64,000 nucleotides of DNA. Source: a bacterium. Lineage in GTDB: Bacteria; Hydrothermota; UBA3072; JAPDKE01. The DNA lies in assembly GCA_029258725.1 (NCBI GenBank), contig JAPDKE010000006.1, forward strand, positions 199-64,198. The letters run 5' to 3'. The notes beneath the pieces are model-generated. The model saw nothing but the letters and a program-made list of their open reading frames with translations. It was not told the origin of the DNA and searched no databases. Every line of letters starts with the position of its first letter. Positions within the stretch are counted from its first letter, which is position 1. The translations under genes and the position numbers were made by a program. Shown here in pieces: positions 59,907 through 64,000 of the stretch.

Positions 59907-61260
59907 AGACCCTATTTACAATTTCATTGAAATACCGCGGGAATTTATCTCTCTTATTGACTCTGAAATATTTCAGAGGTTAAGATGGATTTCTCAAACT
60001 CCACTGGAACAACTTGTGTATCCGTCGGTGGCTCATTCCAGGTTTGAACATAGTCTGGGAACCATGTATCTTGCGATGACTGCCGCCGTAAGCCTTATCA
60101 GAAACTCCCCAGCAAGGCTGGAGGCAATACTCAAGGAAGATGATGCATTTAGAAGTTTATCTCCAAAGGAAAGAGAACGGCAATTTATTCTCTCAGCCGG
60201 GGCTATTGGGTTACTTCACGACCTTGGGCATCCTCCATTCAGTCATGCTCTGGAAGAAGCATGTGAGTACATATTTGAGGATGAGAAGCATTTTTATAAC
60301 CATGAGATAGTTTCGTATTATTATGCACGGATATTATTGAGACAGAAGAAAGTGAAGACCACACCATGGGGAGAAAAGGCATTGAGTGTTTTAAAGAATA
60401 AAAAGTCAAAGGAGAAGATTAAGCTCTCTCCCGTTGAAAATCTCCTGCTTACCCTTATAGACGGGCCTATTGATGTTGACAAAGGGGATTATCTTTTAAG
60501 GGATAGTTATCATTGTGGAACCACCTATGGCCTTTATGACAGAGATAGATTGTGGAGAAATATTATAATTACCAAAGACAACCAGCTTGGAGTGCATCCA
60601 AAAGGAGCGGTAGAGGCATGGGCATTGAGAATAGCACGGTATAGACTGGGAACGGGTGTTTATCAGCATCATACACGAAATATAATAGATGCCATGCTTA
60701 TTGATATACTCTGTGGAATAAAGGAAGAATGTCTTCCATTAATAATTCCTGATTACAGAAAAAAGGAGAAATTTCTTGGCTGGACCGAACATACATTTCT
60801 GAATGCACTCATGGAGGCTGGAGACCGTAGAACCAGAAGAAAGGTTGAACGATTGAGAAAAAGGGAACTTTATAAAAGAGGTTTTGAGATTAATTTGATT
60901 GAATTTCCTGAACTGCTCATAAAAGAGACGGTAACACAGGTAAAAAGAGACCTTCTCTTCTGGAAAGACTCCCTTTCTTCCAGGGTGAAGGATAAGATTA
61001 TTTTCCTTGTAGATAGAATCCCTATACCTCCTGTATTTGAAAAGGAGGTCCAGAAGGAAATAATAGTTGAAGAAAATGGTAATGAAAAACCGCTTGCAGA
61101 GTATCTTGGATTTAAGTTAGAGGAGACACAAATTGTTTCGTGCCCCTGGAGAATTTTTATATTTGTTGACAAAGATTTGAAGGATAACAAAGAAATCCTG
61201 GAAGGGATAGAAAAAGACCTGAGAGAATACCTCGAAAAAATCTCCAAGCCTCTCTCTTGA
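59863..61260 (+). CDS. HD-domain dNTP triphosphohydrolase-like protein (YwfO/SAMHD1 family)
   Basis: RDPIY, FQRLR.I.Q, HSRFEHSLG, LLHDLGH.PFSH.LE, HE, DVDKGDYLLRD and VYQH. Confidence 0.9.
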   Translation: MHLLEGWEIETLPVRDPIYNFIEIPREFISLIDSEIFQRLRWISQTPLEQLVYPSVAHSRFEHSLGTMYLAMTAAVSLIRNSPARLEAILKEDDAFRSLSPKERERQFILSAGAIGLLHDLGHPPFSHALEEACEYIFEDEKHFYNHEIVSYYYARILLRQKKVKTTPWGEKALSVLKNKKSKEKIKLSPVENLLLTLIDGPIDVDKGDYLLRDSYHCGTTYGLYDRDRLWRNIIITKDNQLGVHPKGAVEAWALRIARYRLGTGVYQHHTRNIIDAMLIDILCGIKEECLPLIIPDYRKKEKFLGWTEHTFLNALMEAGDRRTRRKVERLRKRELYKRGFEINLIEFPELLIKETVTQVKRDLLFWKDSLSSRVKDKIIFLVDRIPIPPVFEKEVQKEIIVEENGNEKPLAEYLGFKLEETQIVSCPWRIFIFVDKDLKDNKEILEGIEKDLREYLEKISKPLS

Positions 61261-61285
61261 CAGAAATTTCTTAATTTTTTATTAT
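61257..61285 (+). promoter_or_regulatory. Sigma70 promoter, leaderless configuration for the CHAT-NACHT gene
   Basis: TTGACA(61257)-N17-TATTAT-tttacc-ATG(61292), with no SD. Confidence 0.7.
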
Positions 61286-61291
61286 TTTACC

Positions 61292-64000
61292 ATGTGGGTA
61301 TTTGAGGTGAAGTTAAGGATTGAAAAAGATGGGAAGTTAACGAGAAGGTATTTTCTGGGGGAGGAGGAGAAGTTTGTTTTCAGTGATAGTTTATGGGAAA
61401 AAGAAGAGATAGAAAAAGATATTGACGATTATTACGAGGCTCTCAAAAAGGGAAATACACCTGCGACGGATAAACTCGGTGTTCTCATTTATAAACTTTT
61501 ATTCCCTCTCCCTGCGCTTCACAGGTTATTTATGGATTATTTCAATGACTGTGGTTCTGGTAATTTTCTTTTCCTGGTGGATATTGAGGAAGAAAATGAA
61601 CTTTTGATAAAAATTCCCTATGAACTTGCAGGATGGGGCTCTCTCAATATTGATAATCTGGAGGAGGAGTTATACCCTAACGCCTTTTATGGAGTTTATC
61701 CCGGGATACCCATTGAGAAGAAAAGATACAGATCCTTTCCAGACCGGTCTCTTTCGTGTGATACCTCCATGGTATTTGCCCGCAGGAGTCATAATCGGGA
61801 TGTAAACCTGGTGGAAGTTGAAAAGTTGCGGATTCTTATTCTTCGGTCCTCGGAAGGAGTTCCTTATGATGCAAGGGAAATAGGGATTTTCAAGAACATT
61901 GAGCAGGCGGTGGAGGAGAGGATTGAGAAGATTGAAGAAAAGGAAATCTTGTTTTCCACATCTGAGGCTGTAAGACAGGTCATTGAGGATAGCAAACCCC
62001 ATGTGCTTCATGTGATTTCTCATGGTGAAGGAAACGGAAGGATAGGAAATATGGCTCCCAAGGAGTGGGCCGAGATTTGTGAGGGTATTTCAATAGTTTT
62101 CTTTTCCTGCTGTCATGGGCACATACCTGCCTTTTATGCCTCCAGGTTCTGTGGTTGTGCCATAGGGGTTAAGGGAATTGTGGATGGGCGTATGATTGCG
62201 AAAGATGCTGGAGTCTTTTATAGTAACTTGCTTACTTCTTCACATCCTCAAGCACTTTATGATGCATTGAGAAAAACTTTAAAAGGAGATATTTATACCG
62301 TTTATCTCTCCCCCCGTGCCCTCAAACTCTTCCTCTGGCCCGAGGAGAGGGTGGAGAAGAAATTCAGGGAAATGATGAGAGATTATGTATCTCCATTGAA
62401 AATGGAGACTAAGTTGTATTCAGGGAGGCTGGAGGATGTGTACATTAAAAGAGAACTGGAGGAAAAAAGAGAAGGGAAAGGAAGGCTTGAGGTTAGAGAA
62501 AGAGATAAAGCATTTCCAGGGAAAATACCCGAAGCCCCTTCTGAGGTAATCGCAGATGAAAAATTGATAGGGGAATTGAAAAAGAGCAGGGGTAGGTTTG
62601 TGATTTCTGGTGCAATGGGCTCCGGAAAGACGATGCTTTTAAAATATCTGGCTTTAAGGCTGTCCTCAGATTCTGAAGCGGTTCCCATTTATATTTCCCT
62701 TCCATCTCTTGACTTAAAATCTTCAGACTTTATGAATGCTGTTGAGATATATGTGAAGGAGCATCTTTCTAAGAAAAAGGAAAAGGAGATTTTATGGGAA
62801 GAAGTGATACTGAAAAAGGGGATATTTCTTCTTGATGGTTATGATGAACTTGGAAAAGAGGAAAGACGAAAACTCAATGAGATGCTGGTAAGAAATGAGG
62901 CATTAAAAATTCGCCCTCTCGTGATTGCTACAAGACCCGAGTATGAAGGAGAGTTAAAGAAAGACTTCAGGATTTTGAAAATGCGTCCTCTCAAAAACTG
63001 GAAAGAGGGAGTGGAGAAGTATATAAAGGATGAAGAAAAAAGAAAGAATTTTATTGAAGAGATTGAAAAACGAAAAAAGCATTATGTTTCTTTGTTTGAA
63101 ACCCCTCTTTTTCTTGCTATTTTGTGCATAGTTTATGAAAAAAATGGGTGGTTACCTTCCACATGGACAGAGTTGATAAGGGTATATGTTGAATCATCTA
63201 TCAGGGATTGGCCTGAGGAGAAAGGGAGAGATAAAATTGATGATATCGGATATAAAAAACTCATTAAAGTGCTTTCCGAGGTTTCTTTTGAGTATTTTAA
63301 TGAAAAAATATTGCCTGAAGAGGATTTAATGCAAAGGATGGAAGAAAAGGGCGTTAAAGAGTTTAAGGATTATATAAGGGGGATACTTGTTCCTTTGCGG
63401 AAAATGGAAGAGTACAGGGTAAGGGTTTATTACTCTTTCATTCACGATGCCTTTCTTGAATGGTTTTGTGCCCTATATTTAAAGGAAAATGGATATTTGG
63501 AGTTTCTTAAGGAAAATTATTATCGTCCCGAATACCGAAATGTGTTTATTTTTCTTTCTGGTTTGCTTGAGGATGCGACAGAGATGGTGGAGTTCCTTGA
63601 AGAGAATGGAGCGGTTGAACTTGCGGCATATTGTGTAAGGGAGGGAAAGGTTAAAAAAGAGGTTATTGATAAAGTTGTTAATGACCTTATGGAACTTGTG
63701 AGGATGGAGATAAAATGCGAGGATAATCTTCCCTGGCTTCGTGATGCAGTGTTTGCGGTGAGGGAGCATGTTAAGGTAAAAGATGACTGGGATTTAGGCC
63801 TAAAACTGAGGATTGCCGAATATATTTCCTCGCTGGATGGACTACAGAAGATATTTGAAGAACATAGAGACAAAGCTTGTGTTGCAAAAGATGTTGCCCG
63901 GGCTCTTGGTGAGATTGGTGAAAAGGAGGGATTAAATGTGCTTAAGGGAGTATTTGAAAAACATGGAGATAACCCTGATGTTGCCGAGGCTGTTACCTGG
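61292..64000 (+). CDS. CHAT protease - NACHT NTPase - HEAT-repeat protein (STAND/NLR-like), truncated by the window end
   Basis: Not in the ORF track. Frame from ATG 61292 (903 codons to the window end): IPYEL, PHVLHVISHG and IVFFSCCHG (CHAT His/Cys); GAMGSGKT, IFLLDGYDE, IATRP, ETPLFL and FIHDAFLEWFCA (NACHT); ARALGEIG (HEAT). Confidence 0.88.
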   Translation, partial: MWVFEVKLRIEKDGKLTRRYFLGEEEKFVFSDSLWEKEEIEKDIDDYYEALKKGNTPATDKLGVLIYKLLFPLPALHRLFMDYFNDCGSGNFLFLVDIEEENELLIKIPYELAGWGSLNIDNLEEELYPNAFYGVYPGIPIEKKRYRSFPDRSLSCDTSMVFARRSHNRDVNLVEVEKLRILILRSSEGVPYDAREIGIFKNIEQAVEERIEKIEEKEILFSTSEAVRQVIEDSKPHVLHVISHGEGNGRIGNMAPKEWAEICEGISIVFFSCCHGHIPAFYASRFCGCAIGVKGIVDGRMIAKDAGVFYSNLLTSSHPQALYDALRKTLKGDIYTVYLSPRALKLFLWPEERVEKKFREMMRDYVSPLKMETKLYSGRLEDVYIKRELEEKREGKGRLEVRERDKAFPGKIPEAPSEVIADEKLIGELKKSRGRFVISGAMGSGKTMLLKYLALRLSSDSEAVPIYISLPSLDLKSSDFMNAVEIYVKEHLSKKKEKEILWEEVILKKGIFLLDGYDELGKEERRKLNEMLVRNEALKIRPLVIATRPEYEGELKKDFRILKMRPLKNWKEGVEKYIKDEEKRKNFIEEIEKRKKHYVSLFETPLFLAILCIVYEKNGWLPSTWTELIRVYVESSIRDWPEEKGRDKIDDIGYKKLIKVLSEVSFEYFNEKILPEEDLMQRMEEKGVKEFKDYIRGILVPLRKMEEYRVRVYYSFIHDAFLEWFCALYLKENGYLEFLKENYYRPEYRNVFIFLSGLLEDATEMVEFLEENGAVELAAYCVREGKVKKEVIDKVVNDLMELVRMEIKCEDNLPWLRDAVFAVREHVKVKDDWDLGLKLRIAEYISSLDGLQKIFEEHRDKACVAKDVARALGEIGEKEGLNVLKGVFEKHGDNPDVAEAVTW

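Noticed and set aside
61422-63873. Short ORF-track ORFs at the right end
   Set aside because: They are alternate-frame or antisense shadows of the CHAT-NACHT CDS.

Overview
A 64 kb bacterial window. Composition, T9SS-type C-terminal domains, FBP aldolase/phosphatase and a GH57 branching enzyme suggest a thermophilic diderm of the FCB/WOR-3 neighbourhood (inference). It has three parts. (1) 1-10.3 kb and 25.5-33.6 kb hold accessory secreted and lipoprotein genes: a >1400 aa Zn-phospholipase-C-like protein missed by the ORF track, three TolB-like paralogs, BNR propellers and a C25 peptidase. These are repeatedly preceded by a conserved ~140 bp element made of a sigma70 promoter, an RBS, a short leader ORF and a terminator-like hairpin (5 clear copies plus 1 degenerate). 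This is the best candidate for an undescribed attenuator or cassette element. (2) 10.4-25.5 kb and 33.7-48.9 kb are housekeeping genes: rsmD, coaD, obgE, dprA, coaX, tsaE, tsaB-rimI, nadD, bamD, punA, pgeF, recJ, mltG, ruvX, fbp, comEC, pilT, lutB, a TBDR-SBP-YfiR-MCP module and GH57. (3) 48.9-64 kb is an island bordered by pseudogene debris. Its minus-strand operon carries NagZ, an atypical ExbB/ExbD, a lytic transglycosylase, a TonB-like protein and unknowns. Its plus-strand defence-like cluster carries a degenerate PolX-PHP, a GPYS-motif protein, an HD dNTPase and a CHAT-NACHT-HEAT protein (also missed by the ORF track). No rRNA, tRNA, CRISPR array or intact transposase was seen. All calls come from manual motif reading, with no database searches.
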